A stretch of 64,000 bases of DNA from Candidatus Parcubacteria bacterium (lineage in GTDB: Bacteria > Patescibacteriota > Saccharimonadia > UBA4664 > JBIOIQ01): positions 68,396 through 132,395 of the forward strand of contig OY970378.1 in assembly GCA_963718875.1 (NCBI GenBank), read 5' to 3'. The notes beneath the pieces are model-generated. The model did not search any database. It saw nothing but the letters and a program-made list of their open reading frames with translations, and was not told the DNA's origin. Shown in pieces: positions 1-12,070 of the stretch. The translations under genes were made by a program, and so were the position numbers. Each line of letters opens with the position of its first letter. Positions within the stretch are counted from its first letter, which is position 1.

Positions 1-1650
1 GGCAATGTCCACCACTGGTTGTACCAAAATATACGAACCGGTGTCGTTTTTAAATTTGAGATCCACTTGTGGAGAGTAAATTGTGGCATCGACTCCTGGC
101 ACCCCAAAAGGAGCAATGTAGTAAGCAAGGGCGTAAGCGTGGTTTACGCGCTCAACAATTGGAAGCCCAGCCAACAGTGCCGCTCGATAAACAGTTGAGG
201 AAACTTGGCAAAGCCCTCCCCCGTATTCGGGTTGGATCTTATTGCCTACAATGGCTAGCCCCGGTCGAAAGCCATTGGCTGCATCAACATTTCCCAAATA
301 CTCATTGAAGGAAAAGATTTCATTCGGCTTGATGATAATTTGACTGTACTTATTGCTCCCTACCGTTATATTGGTAATTCTGTCGGCGGTGGAATGTGGA
401 AAATATGATATGCCTTCGGAAATTAGTTCCTTTATCCCTAGACTAGCCAAATTGTTTTCCGTAACGTCGGGCTGAGTAACTTTAACAGCTAGCGTTAACT
501 CACGGTCATAAGCTGATTTTGTTAAAGCAGTTTTTATTGATGCAACTGTGGCCAGCTGATCAAGTGATTGGCCTGGACGGCTTGGCTGCACCACAATCAA
601 CTGGTTGTTTTGCATCGCGAGCAAAGCATTTTTTCCAGCTTGATCGATCTTGGCCGCAAGACCCGCGACGTATTTGGTGACGGCAGCATCATTAAGCGAC
701 ATTTTTACCTCAGCGGGACCAGCATAGTAGTCGGCAATATTGTGGCTAGTTTCAAAGGTTTTGGAGTTGGGTCGCGAAAGTTTAATCCATGACACGATTT
801 GGTCCTGACTGACCGTAATGGTCTCTGTGGGTGTATCGAGTTTTAACGGACCAGACACATAGGTAGAGGCCTGGGCTTTGGCGGATTGAAGACTGGGGGC
901 ATCTATGGACGGAGCTACATCTGACACTGGAGCATCGATAGCTTCTAGGCTAGCACTCTCTAAGCGGTTTTTTACTTGCATTACAAAAGACCCAATATCC
1001 AATCGCTTCCCTGGATTATCAGCGGTAACAGTGACGCTGTTGCCACTGAAATTAAGGCTAGCGTCTGAGACGGCGCTAAATGTACTGCTATCAATTTGTT
1101 GGACAAAAGGAGTCAAAGCATCATCACTAAACTCTACATTTGACACATTGGTCGATCGGCCTAAAAGCGCCAAAATGTAATCTTTGGCCTGCTTCCAGGT
1201 GGAACCGCGTCGACCAACTTGTAACCCTTGGTCAACTGCTGCTGCCACATCATATTTAACATCTAGCTTAGAAGGGCTAAGCTGCAAGCTTGTGCCAGCG
1301 TAATTGACAGGAATCAGACTGCCTGAAAATTCATCGACGTGCTGTTGAACAGCGGCTATGGCGCTGTTTCGGTCCAAGCCGGCGATTTTGGCACCATTCA
1401 CTGCCACTCCCGGCAAACCCTTGCCACTGTAAACAAATATTATGACTAGCGCTAGCCCAACAACCAGTAAGACACTCCAACCGGCCAACCGCCAGGGCAA
1501 AGGAAGCCTTTTTGACCTGGGCTCTAGGTTCCAGTCTTCGGGTCGGCTATTATCGGGAGTGAAAACAATTGGGGTAGACCCGGCAGTAGGTTCGGACGCG
1601 ATGGCAGGCTCAGCAGGTATATTAAAGGAATGTTTTTTAGTCTTTGTCAT
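1..1650 (-). CDS. VanW family protein with N-terminal membrane anchor and putative peptidoglycan-binding repeats (3' end runs off window)
   Basis: Not in the ORF track. Both ends read by hand in the same frame: ATG at 1650 (MTKTKKHSF..., TM segment WSVLLVVGLALVIIFVY) and VanW motifs EYGGGLCQVSSTVYRAALLAGLPIVERVNH and DATIYSPQVDLKFKNDT near position 1. Confidence 0.85.
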   Translation of the reverse strand, partial: MTKTKKHSFNIPAEPAIASEPTAGSTPIVFTPDNSRPEDWNLEPRSKRLPLPWRLAGWSVLLVVGLALVIIFVYSGKGLPGVAVNGAKIAGLDRNSAIAAVQQHVDEFSGSLIPVNYAGTSLQLSPSKLDVKYDVAAAVDQGLQVGRRGSTWKQAKDYILALLGRSTNVSNVEFSDDALTPFVQQIDSSTFSAVSDASLNFSGNSVTVTADNPGKRLDIGSFVMQVKNRLESASLEAIDAPVSDVAPSIDAPSLQSAKAQASTYVSGPLKLDTPTETITVSQDQIVSWIKLSRPNSKTFETSHNIADYYAGPAEVKMSLNDAAVTKYVAGLAAKIDQAGKNALLAMQNNQLIVVQPSRPGQSLDQLATVASIKTALTKSAYDRELTLAVKVTQPDVTENNLASLGIKELISEGISYFPHSTADRITNITVGSNKYSQIIIKPNEIFSFNEYLGNVDAANGFRPGLAIVGNKIQPEYGGGLCQVSSTVYRAALLAGLPIVERVNHAYALAYYIAPFGVPGVDATIYSPQVDLKFKNDTGSYILVQPVVDIA

Positions 1651-1725
1651 TACTTGACATTATATTACATAGACAGTAATAAGGTAAGAATAATCGGATC
1701 TAGTAGTTACACTTATGCTATAATA

Positions 1726-2352
1726 ATGACAATGAAACCCGGGGGTAAAAAACTGAAAAAAATCAAAATACGCCAAAATCTACCACTGATTATCACTGGA
1801 TTAGTGGCCTTGGGGCTAGTGAGTACGGCAGCTTACGTTTATTTTAACCGTCCGGAAAACCGCTTAGCCACGGAGACTAAGAAGCCCACTGATCATCCTG
1901 GTGCCGGTGCGGCAGAAATTACCAACAACCCTGGATCGGGCGGTGTTGCGGAAGGAAATGAGGGTGGCTCATATACCAGCCCAAGCGCCAACCAAACGGA
2001 TCCTCAATACAATTCCACAACTTTAGCTTCTCCGATCCAAACCTTTAACAAATCTCGTACGCCAGTTTCATTGAGCCAAACGGATACCAGCCAACCTGAT
2101 CATCCAACATTAGTTTCTACCTGTCAGTCCGTAGCTGGGGCTACTTGTGAAATTCACGCTATCCTTGGTAGTGCGGATATTGTGGTGGCTGGGCCAATGA
2201 CTGTGTCTGATGACACAACCGGAGCGGAAATGTCTTGGAACGCCAAGGATAAAGGCTTGACTAAGGGGGTGTGGACAATCAAGGCCGTTGCAAAAAAAGG
2301 CGGCCAAACTAGCACATCAACCTCAAACTACACTTTAACGGTCAACCCATGA
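1726..2352 (+). CDS. Membrane-anchored hypothetical protein, S/T/G-rich linker and C-terminal Ig-like beta domain
   Basis: ORF 1630..2352; more plausible ATG at 1726 or 1732 after TGCTATAAT; basic N-terminus plus one TM helix; overlaps next gene (ATGA). Confidence 0.65.
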   Translation: MTMKPGGKKLKKIKIRQNLPLIITGLVALGLVSTAAYVYFNRPENRLATETKKPTDHPGAGAAEITNNPGSGGVAEGNEGGSYTSPSANQTDPQYNSTTLASPIQTFNKSRTPVSLSQTDTSQPDHPTLVSTCQSVAGATCEIHAILGSADIVVAGPMTVSDDTTGAEMSWNAKDKGLTKGVWTIKAVAKKGGQTSTSTSNYTLTVNP

Positions 2353-4385
2353 AATACCAGCTTACAACCTTGGCAAATTTCGACGGCAGAACCTCCGCTC
2401 CTCGTTTAAAGAAATTGCGTTGGCTCACTCCCCTGTTAGTAGCCTTTGGTGTGGCTGTAGCTCTGAGTGGTCAGGCTTCGGCTTACTCCAACTCTAGACT
2501 GATGGACGACCAGGTTTTTGATAATGTCGGTTCATTGAATGCTGCCCAAGTGGCGGATTTTTTAGCGGCTAGAACGGGTCCTTTTACTAAGTTATCGGGG
2601 CCTTCGCCTTGTTTGTCTGGTCACTCAAATATTAATTTTCATTGGGACAATGTTAAGTGGCACTATGGCAGTGATGCAGACTGGAATACGGCTTGGGGGC
2701 CTGCCCAGATTGCGGCTTCAGACATAATATATAAGGCTGCTCAAATGTGGGGCATTAACCCACAAGTTTTAATTGCTACTTTGCAAAAAGAACAAAGCCT
2801 GATTACCGGGACATCTTGCGATGGTTGGCGTTACAATTCCGCCATGGGGTACGGATGTCCCGACTCTGGCGGATGTAACCCAAAATACGCTGGTTTTAGC
2901 AAACAAGTACTGTGGGGGGCATGGCAACTTAAATTTAATAAAGAGCGTAGCTACGGCAACACCACGTGGGATGGAGACGACGTAATTACGTATGTTGGGT
3001 ATATGACCCAAGGCACGCGTAAACGTTGCGGGACCTGTACGGCTAATTATTATGACGGTTACGCCACGATTGATGGTCAGACGTTTTATTTGGAAAACGG
3101 CACCACTGCGTCTCTCTATACATACACACCTCACCTTGGACAAAGCTTTCCCGGTATTTTTCAGGGTTGGTTTGGCCCAACCATACTGCCAACGCATGCG
3201 TGGAACTTTGCGGGCCAGACTAGCACAAAAGACCTAAACGGCATCATAGTGGGGCAAACAGCAACATTATCGGTGTCGGCCGTAAATGCTGGTAATACCA
3301 CTTGGACCAATAGTGGGGCTAACCCGGTCCGGCTTGGAGCAAGCCAGCCCAGAGATCGTAAAAGTCTTTTTGCCACCTCCGGTTGGATTGCGCCCACCCG
3401 ACCCGCCAACCTAGATCAAGCTTCGGTAGCGCCGGGTCAAACCGGGACTTTCACTTTTACTATCCAGGCGCCGGCGGCTCCGGGTGACTACAAAGAATAC
3501 TTTAATCTTCTGGCTGAGGGAGTTACTTGGATGAATGATCCGGGAGTTTACTTTACTATTCGCGTTGCCCCTATTACATATACATGGTCTTTGGCAGGAC
3601 AAGCTGCCTACTCTGATTCGGGCAAGACAACTGGGATTGATTTGGCCGCGTTTTCTCCTGGGCAAAGTGGCTGGCTGGTTCTCAAAGCTAAAAATACCGG
3701 AAATGTTATTTGGAGTAATTCTGGTGCTAATCCCATTAGAGTAGGAACCGAGGCGAACAAGGACAGGCGAAGTTTGTTTAACACTGGTGGCTGGTTGGCC
3801 CCACATCGCCCCAGTAACATGGTGGAGTCCAGTGTAGCTCCAGGTGCGATTGGAACTTTTGAATTCCCTATCACAGCTCCTGCTAACGGTGGCACATATT
3901 TTGAGCGGTTTAATGTCTTGGCTGAGGGTATTACTTGGATGAATGACCTTGGTTTATATTATTACATCAAGGTAAACTCGGGTTACTCATGGACTCTAAC
4001 AAGCCAATACGCCTATGCAGACAGCTCTAAAACTGCAGGGGCTAATTTGGCTGCACTTTCACCAGGCCAAACAGTCTTTATAGGCTTGACAGCCAAAAAT
4101 ACCGGTACAGCTACTTGGTTTAATTCGGGCCCATATCCAATGGATTTGGCGACTTCGCGCCCGATTGATCGGATCAGTAAATTCCAGGCAGTTGGATGGT
4201 TGGCTCCTCAGCGACCGGCGCGGATGAAGGAAGCCTTTGTGGCTTCAGGGCAAACAGCCACATTCGAGTTCAATTATACGGCCCCAGCCCAAGTCGGCAC
4301 TTATTTTGAGTATTTTAACCCCGTAGCCGAAGCCATTACCCATTTGAACGACATTGGGATGTACTTCTACACCGTCGTTCAATAA
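2349..4385 (+). CDS. Secreted protein: N-terminal lysozyme-like/cell-wall hydrolase-like domain plus three NBR1-type Ig-like repeats
   Basis: Signal peptide (..ASA|YS); INPQVLIATLQKEQSLI...AMGYGCPDS motif; three ~135 aa repeats with NxGxxxWxN...R.S.F...GW.AP.RP...V.PG..GTF.F...AP...G.Y.E.FN..AEG.TW.ND.G.YF. Confidence 0.7.
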   Translation: MKYQLTTLANFDGRTSAPRLKKLRWLTPLLVAFGVAVALSGQASAYSNSRLMDDQVFDNVGSLNAAQVADFLAARTGPFTKLSGPSPCLSGHSNINFHWDNVKWHYGSDADWNTAWGPAQIAASDIIYKAAQMWGINPQVLIATLQKEQSLITGTSCDGWRYNSAMGYGCPDSGGCNPKYAGFSKQVLWGAWQLKFNKERSYGNTTWDGDDVITYVGYMTQGTRKRCGTCTANYYDGYATIDGQTFYLENGTTASLYTYTPHLGQSFPGIFQGWFGPTILPTHAWNFAGQTSTKDLNGIIVGQTATLSVSAVNAGNTTWTNSGANPVRLGASQPRDRKSLFATSGWIAPTRPANLDQASVAPGQTGTFTFTIQAPAAPGDYKEYFNLLAEGVTWMNDPGVYFTIRVAPITYTWSLAGQAAYSDSGKTTGIDLAAFSPGQSGWLVLKAKNTGNVIWSNSGANPIRVGTEANKDRRSLFNTGGWLAPHRPSNMVESSVAPGAIGTFEFPITAPANGGTYFERFNVLAEGITWMNDLGLYYYIKVNSGYSWTLTSQYAYADSSKTAGANLAALSPGQTVFIGLTAKNTGTATWFNSGPYPMDLATSRPIDRISKFQAVGWLAPQRPARMKEAFVASGQTATFEFNYTAPAQVGTYFEYFNPVAEAITHLNDIGMYFYTVVQ

Positions 4386-4461
4386 GCTTGCTTCGACACA
4401 ACGAAGGTTATCAGGCACGGTCAAATCTGTTATGATAATGCTACTAAGCTAAAGGAACTTT

Positions 4462-6212
<1,751 letters not shown>

Positions 6213-6216
<4 letters not shown>

Positions 6217-7460
6217 AACAACCAATTATTGAAATCAAGAACCTTAGCAAAGTTTACACTATTAGCCATGAGCAGCAGTCGTCCGGCAATGCCACTTTTC
6301 GTGACGCCCTGGTAAAGCTAGCTAAAAAACCGATTGAACTAGTGGCGGGTCATCGTCAAGAAAAAGAAAAGTTTCATGCTTTGCAAAACGTCAGCGCCGA
6401 TATTCAAAAAGGGGATGTAGTAGGCCTCATTGGCAAGAATGGCTCGGGTAAGTCCACTTTGTTAAAAATTTTGTCGCGGATTGTGGAGCCAACCGAAGGG
6501 GAAATTATCATGCGAGGCAAGTCTGCTAGCTTACTTGAAGTTGGCACCGGCTTTCATCCAGAATTAACTGGCCGTGAGAACATTTTCTTTAACGGGGCGA
6601 TTTTGGGCATGAGCCGGCGTGAAATTAAGAGCAAGTTTAATGAAATTGTGACTTTTTCAGGTGTAGAAAAGTTTCTCGATACTCCAGTTAAGTTTTATTC
6701 ATCGGGAATGTATGTACGTTTGGCTTTTGCCGTAGCTGCCCATTTGGAGCCTGATATTTTGATGGTTGATGAGGTGCTGGCAGTTGGCGACGCTGAGTTC
6801 CAGAAAAAAAGCCTTGGCAAAATGCGTGACGTCACTAGTAACCACGACCGCACGGTTATATTTGTGAGCCATAATATGGATGCTATCCAGAGCGTTTGTA
6901 ATAAATGTATTTGGCTGGCGGGTGGTGAAGTGGTTGAATTCGGTAATACCGATGATGTTGTCAGAAACTACATGGCGCTAGTGGGCCCACAAAACCAAAT
7001 GCCAATTGCGGAGCGCAAAGACCGCAAAGGCAGTGGTCGTGTTCGGATAACAAAAATTGTTATCGATGACGCGATTGGTAAAAATCGTAGCCTAAAGCTT
7101 GATATTGAACTCAATAATAAGACTGTTGAGATTTATGATGATTTTAAGCTTTCACTGGATTTATACGATAGCCTTGGAAACCACATCAGCAATTTGTACA
7201 ACAATACGATCGAAAAGAGACTCAACCTGAGACCGGGTATAAATCGTGCAAAACTAACCATTCACAACTTTAACCTTGTGCCGGGTACGTATAGCTTCAA
7301 CGCATTTGCAGCGTCTGATCATCACAACACTGAAATTTTTGACTGGATTGATGATGCCACATCATTTGTTGTTCCAGCCTATGATTACTATAAAACGGGC
7401 ACTGTTCCGACCTTCCGTGGGAAATTTGTTTTTATGGATTTTGACTATGCCATTGAATGA
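6213..7460 (+). CDS. wzt: Polysaccharide ABC exporter ATPase with C-terminal Wzt carbohydrate-binding domain
   Basis: Walker A GKNGSGKST, YSSGMYVRLAFAVA, DEVLAVGD, VSH; ~150 aa C-terminal extension. Confidence 0.92.
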
Positions 7461-8151
7461 TATAGCAAAAAAATTCAAACACCGCTTAGTAGGCGCGCCG
7501 GCCGATCCATTTGGCTTGACTTCATATTCTCAAGAAGGCGAGGATATGGTTTTGCGCCGGTTTGTCGGCGATAAGCTTAATGGGTTCTATGTCGATATCG
7601 GGGCTCACCACCCTAAGAGGTTTTCTAATACCTATTACTTTTATAAGCTGGGCTGGAGGGGGATAAATGTTGATGCAGACCCACTACTTATTAAGGAATT
7701 TGATAGCACCCGCCCAGATGATATAAATATTGCTTGTGGAGTTGGCAACTCAAATGAAGAGCTTACTTTTTATGTGTTTGATGAGCCTGCCATAAACACC
7801 TTTGATAGTGCTTTAGCTCAGGAAAGAGTTGCAAAGCATGGATACAGAATTGTTCGAGAAGAGAAAATTGCAATAAAAAAATTAGACTTAATTCTTAATG
7901 AATTTTTACCAACAGGACAAAAAATTGATTTTATGTCAGTTGATGTTGAAGGTAAAGATCTTGAAGTATTAAAATCAAATAATTGGTTAAAATACCGTCC
8001 TAGGTTTTTATTAGTAGAGTGCCTTGATACGAGCAGTTTAGAAAAAGTGTTGGTAGATGGGGTGACAAGCTATCTTAAGGGCGTGGGTTACAAACCAATA
8101 GCTAAATCATTATTTACAGTCTTTTTCGCAGATACGGAAAATCCAGCGTGA
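7447..8151 (+). CDS. FkbM family methyltransferase
   Basis: SYSQEGED, GFYVDIGAHHP..SNT..FY..GW.GINVD, IDFMSVDVEG; likely start ATG 7447 rather than 7276. Confidence 0.85.
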   Translation: MPLNDIAKKFKHRLVGAPADPFGLTSYSQEGEDMVLRRFVGDKLNGFYVDIGAHHPKRFSNTYYFYKLGWRGINVDADPLLIKEFDSTRPDDINIACGVGNSNEELTFYVFDEPAINTFDSALAQERVAKHGYRIVREEKIAIKKLDLILNEFLPTGQKIDFMSVDVEGKDLEVLKSNNWLKYRPRFLLVECLDTSSLEKVLVDGVTSYLKGVGYKPIAKSLFTVFFADTENPA

Positions 8152-9707
8152 CTAATAATGATACTCCGGTAGTTCTGTTTGTTTTTAATCGGCATGAAAA
8201 TTTGGCCGATACTCTGGCCTGCCTGAAAGCCAACAGCATCACAAAACTTTATGTTTTTTCAGATGGACCCCGCAACCAAGACGATGTGGCCGGGATAGCT
8301 AAAGTGCGGGAGATTATTGCCCAAATTGATTGGGTCGAGGCCGAGATAATTGAACATCAAGCAAATCAAGGTTTGAGCCAATCGATCCAAAATGGGCTTA
8401 GCTATGTTTTTAAAAAACACGAAACTGCTATTGTGGTTGAGGATGACATTAAGATTGCCCCAGATTTTTATAATTATGCTGTCCAGGCACTTGAGGGCTA
8501 TCGTCAGGACAAAAATGTTATGGGTATTACTGGCTTACGATACCCATTTAAGCGCGACGGCCTTGATGCCGCTAGATATGACGCGTTTTTTACTCCCCGT
8601 TTTTCCTCCTGGGGATGGGCCACTTGGCGAGATCGGTGGCAGCGGGTTTCATTTGATTTAGAGGCAGTTAAGTCGGCTATAAAATCTAAATCAGACTTTG
8701 ATCCTAGCATTGCCGGAGCGGATATTCCGGGAACAATACAGGCATTGCTTGATGATAATTTGACTGGCTGTTGGGACGTATTTGTATTGATTCATATGCT
8801 TTTAAATAACAAGCTTTTTGTTTGGCCGCGCTATAATATGGTAACCAACACGGGGTTGCTGGAGGGCAGTCATGCCAATGGTATAGCCCCTTCCTGGAAG
8901 TTGAAATGGGAAACAAACCCAAGTACCGGATGGAAGTTACCTGGGCATGCAAAGGTTGACGAAAATATTTTGCGTGACTTCCGTCAGTTTTTTTTAAACA
9001 TAAGCAGTAAAGAAGGAATATCAATGAAGCAGCAAGTAAAAGCGGTCTTAAGGAAAATAAAGCATAGTTTAGAGCCCACTCCACCTACGCACGAGCCCAA
9101 AGAGTATTCAACTACCGATGAGCCTATGGAAGTGCCGTGTCAAAAGGAAGCCTATTACTTAGCATTAAACAAATACATGCAGGACGGAGATAAAGTCTTG
9201 GATGTTGGTTGCGGGCTTGGTTATGGCCTTAATTTACTTTCGATCAAAGCAAAGTCGACTTATGGTGTAGATGTTGACCCAAAGGCGGTTGAATATTGTA
9301 AGCAAAATATCCTGGGTAAAAATCCGCGCCTTCAGAGTGTCCAGGCTTACGACGGTTACAGCTTACCGTTTAAAGACAAGGAGTTTGATATTGTAACTAC
9401 AGTTGACGTGTTGGAGCATGTTGAGGATTATGATCGGTTTATTGATGAGTTAATACGAGTGGCTAAGCGGGCAGTAATCATAAGCACACCCAACCGCAGG
9501 CCGGAATACACCAATCCAGACGGGACTCCAAAAAACTTTTGGCACTTAAGGGAGTGGTCGCACTCGGAACTAGAAGACATAGTGAGTAGCCATGGCGTAA
9601 AACAAGATTGGAATTTTATCAACGGACCTTGGGACGGACCATTTGCCACTTCTGCCAAGGTTCAAGATGATACTATGACCTTAACTCCTGCCCTCATACT
9701 TAAATAG
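8148..9707 (+). CDS. GT-A fold glycosyltransferase fused in frame to a class I SAM methyltransferase
   Basis: PVVLFVFNR, SDGPR, VVEDD, SSWGWATW; second half VLDVGCGLGYG, DVLEHV, STPN. Internal AAGGA + ATG at 9024. Confidence 0.8.
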   Translation: MTNNDTPVVLFVFNRHENLADTLACLKANSITKLYVFSDGPRNQDDVAGIAKVREIIAQIDWVEAEIIEHQANQGLSQSIQNGLSYVFKKHETAIVVEDDIKIAPDFYNYAVQALEGYRQDKNVMGITGLRYPFKRDGLDAARYDAFFTPRFSSWGWATWRDRWQRVSFDLEAVKSAIKSKSDFDPSIAGADIPGTIQALLDDNLTGCWDVFVLIHMLLNNKLFVWPRYNMVTNTGLLEGSHANGIAPSWKLKWETNPSTGWKLPGHAKVDENILRDFRQFFLNISSKEGISMKQQVKAVLRKIKHSLEPTPPTHEPKEYSTTDEPMEVPCQKEAYYLALNKYMQDGDKVLDVGCGLGYGLNLLSIKAKSTYGVDVDPKAVEYCKQNILGKNPRLQSVQAYDGYSLPFKDKEFDIVTTVDVLEHVEDYDRFIDELIRVAKRAVIISTPNRRPEYTNPDGTPKNFWHLREWSHSELEDIVSSHGVKQDWNFINGPWDGPFATSAKVQDDTMTLTPALILK

Positions 9708-9752
9708 AATGTTTTTCTCTTGTGATAATTCCATATTTAGAGAGGCCGCTTA

Positions 9753-10931
9753 ATGTTGGGTCGTGCCAAACGGGCTGTTTTACAAAAATTAGCCACAAGC
9801 CGGGGATGGCTGAGCATAGAAGAGGGGCAAAGACCTTATGTATATGACTATAAAAAATACTTAAAACCAGGGCCGTCCAAGCGGGCGTTATTATCATATT
9901 TGCCAAATTTTGTTATAGATGAGGCCGCCGGGTTAAAGACTAGCCAGTTTAGTAATGTGGGGCTAGCCTTAACGTTGCCTAAAGTACTAAATAACTTGGG
10001 CTACAGTGTAGATATTGTAAGCTGGGATGACACGACCTTTAAGCCCAATAAGAAATACGATTTATTTATTGGGCACGGGGCAAAAAATTTTGAATTGCTT
10101 CATAACTTGATGCAGCCCAAACCGTTAACAATTTACTTTTCAACTGGAAGTTATTGGCGTTTCCATAACGAACAGGAGGATATGAGGTTGGCTGGGTTTA
10201 AAAAGCGCCATCACGTAGAGCTACCTAGAGACCGTTACATTTATGAATCGGAGGAGCTGGCAAATAAAGCGGCGGACGCAATTATCTGCTTAGGTAATGA
10301 AGACGCTAAGCAAACATATTTGGGCTTTCCAGCTGTTTATAGTCTGCCTATTGCCTGTTATCCGGAAGTTAGACCTCTGCCTGAAATGACGGCGGAACGA
10401 CGGCAAAGCTTCATCTTTTTTTCGGGAGGCGGTAATATTCACAAAGGCTTAGACTTAGTGTTAGATGCTTTTGAGGGAAGCCAAAACGAGCTATACATCT
10501 GTTCAATTCTTGACCCTGAATTTGAGACTTATTACAAAGACCTGCTGTATCACTCACCCAATATCCATTATGTTGGACTCGTTGAGCCACGTAGCCAGCA
10601 ATTTTACGAAGTTATGGATAAATGCGCCTTTACAATTTTGCCTTCCTGTAGCGAGGGTAGCCCTGGTTCGGTAGTAGAGTGCATGCAACAAGGTCTTGTC
10701 CCGATAGTGAGCAACGAGGCTCATATAGACGTGGCCGACTTTGGTATAACGCTGAACAAAACAAATGTGGAAACAATAAAAGCGGCCGTTGAAAAGAGTT
10801 CTGAGATTCCGATCGCGGATTTACGTTTGCGGTCCAAAAAGTCTAGGCGTTCTGCACAAAACTATTCCATCGAAAAATTCGAATCGAATCTTGAGGCGAT
10901 ATTCACTAAGATTAGCGCTGAGGTTTTATGA
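9753..10931 (+). CDS. Glycosyltransferase family 4
   Basis: GNIHKGLDL, LPSCSEGSPGSVVECMQQGLVPIVS. Confidence 0.8.
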   Translation: MLGRAKRAVLQKLATSRGWLSIEEGQRPYVYDYKKYLKPGPSKRALLSYLPNFVIDEAAGLKTSQFSNVGLALTLPKVLNNLGYSVDIVSWDDTTFKPNKKYDLFIGHGAKNFELLHNLMQPKPLTIYFSTGSYWRFHNEQEDMRLAGFKKRHHVELPRDRYIYESEELANKAADAIICLGNEDAKQTYLGFPAVYSLPIACYPEVRPLPEMTAERRQSFIFFSGGGNIHKGLDLVLDAFEGSQNELYICSILDPEFETYYKDLLYHSPNIHYVGLVEPRSQQFYEVMDKCAFTILPSCSEGSPGSVVECMQQGLVPIVSNEAHIDVADFGITLNKTNVETIKAAVEKSSEIPIADLRLRSKKSRRSAQNYSIEKFESNLEAIFTKISAEVL

Positions 10932-12070
10932 AAATCGGAATTGTAGCTTTAACTTTTGCACCCGGTAAGTCAGGCGGGATAGAAATATATTTTCGAAACT
11001 TAATCGAGTACTTACAAAAAACCACGTCTGGAAATCAATACTTTATTTTTTTGCCGACTGAGCATGCCGGGGAAATTGAGTTAACTTCGGAGGCTTTTAA
11101 GATTGTGCCTATCTCAATGACGCCTAAGTTAAAGTCGAAGATTGTAGCTAAACTTAAAAAAGAAGATTCTTTACAACTACAAGCATCTAAGGAAATTAAT
11201 AGCTATATGTGCGATTTAATACACTTTCCCCTTCAAATAATTTATCCGGCTGGAGTAAAAGGCCCTAAGGTGCTTAGTTTTATGGATTTACAACAAGAGT
11301 ACTATCCCGAATTTTTTAGCCAAGAAGACTTGCTGTCTCGAGCCAAAACTTACAGACCCTCTGCGGAAGCAGCCGACCATATTATTGCTATTTCTAATCA
11401 CACCAAAGCTAGCTTAACTGACAAATACCTTATCCCCGCTGCTAAGATTTCTACAATTTACTTGTCCTACGATGAACAGGTGTTTAGCCAAGACACTCAT
11501 GCAAAAGTCCCGGTGGAGTTTAAATATTTTTTTTACCCGGCTGCGACATGGCCACACAAAAATCATCTGCGTCTAATCGAGGCTTTTGCGTTACTGGCAG
11601 AAAAGTACCCAGATATTAAACTGGTTTTTTCGGGTGCTAAAAAACAAACAAGTGATGATTTAGTAAATAAAATAGATGAGCTAGAGCTAAGTAAGCGGGT
11701 TACTTTTATGGGGTACTTGCCATATGAAGACTTACCTTTAATGTATCGCCACGCAATTGCATTGGTATATCCGTCCTTATTTGAGGGCTTCGGCATTCCA
11801 CTACTCGAAGCTATGGCTTCTGATTGCCCAATAGTGGCCTCAGATGTTGGCTCAATACCAGAAATAGCCGCGGATGCAGCCCTATATTTCGATCCCACAA
11901 AACCTCAGGACATGGCTGAAAAAATGAAAATTATACTAAAAAATGATGAGATTAAAAAAAAGCTGGTTGAAGCTGGCAGAAAAAGAGTTAAGACTTTTTC
12001 CTCTGCTAAAATGGCGGATGAGACACTAGGGGTTTACAGGAAAGTATTGAGGCAATCTAATGGAGACTAA
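10928..12070 (+). CDS. Glycosyltransferase family 4
   Basis: WPHKNH, YPSLFEGFGIPLLEAMA. Confidence 0.9.
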   Translation: MKIGIVALTFAPGKSGGIEIYFRNLIEYLQKTTSGNQYFIFLPTEHAGEIELTSEAFKIVPISMTPKLKSKIVAKLKKEDSLQLQASKEINSYMCDLIHFPLQIIYPAGVKGPKVLSFMDLQQEYYPEFFSQEDLLSRAKTYRPSAEAADHIIAISNHTKASLTDKYLIPAAKISTIYLSYDEQVFSQDTHAKVPVEFKYFFYPAATWPHKNHLRLIEAFALLAEKYPDIKLVFSGAKKQTSDDLVNKIDELELSKRVTFMGYLPYEDLPLMYRHAIALVYPSLFEGFGIPLLEAMASDCPIVASDVGSIPEIAADAALYFDPTKPQDMAEKMKIILKNDEIKKKLVEAGRKRVKTFSSAKMADETLGVYRKVLRQSNGD

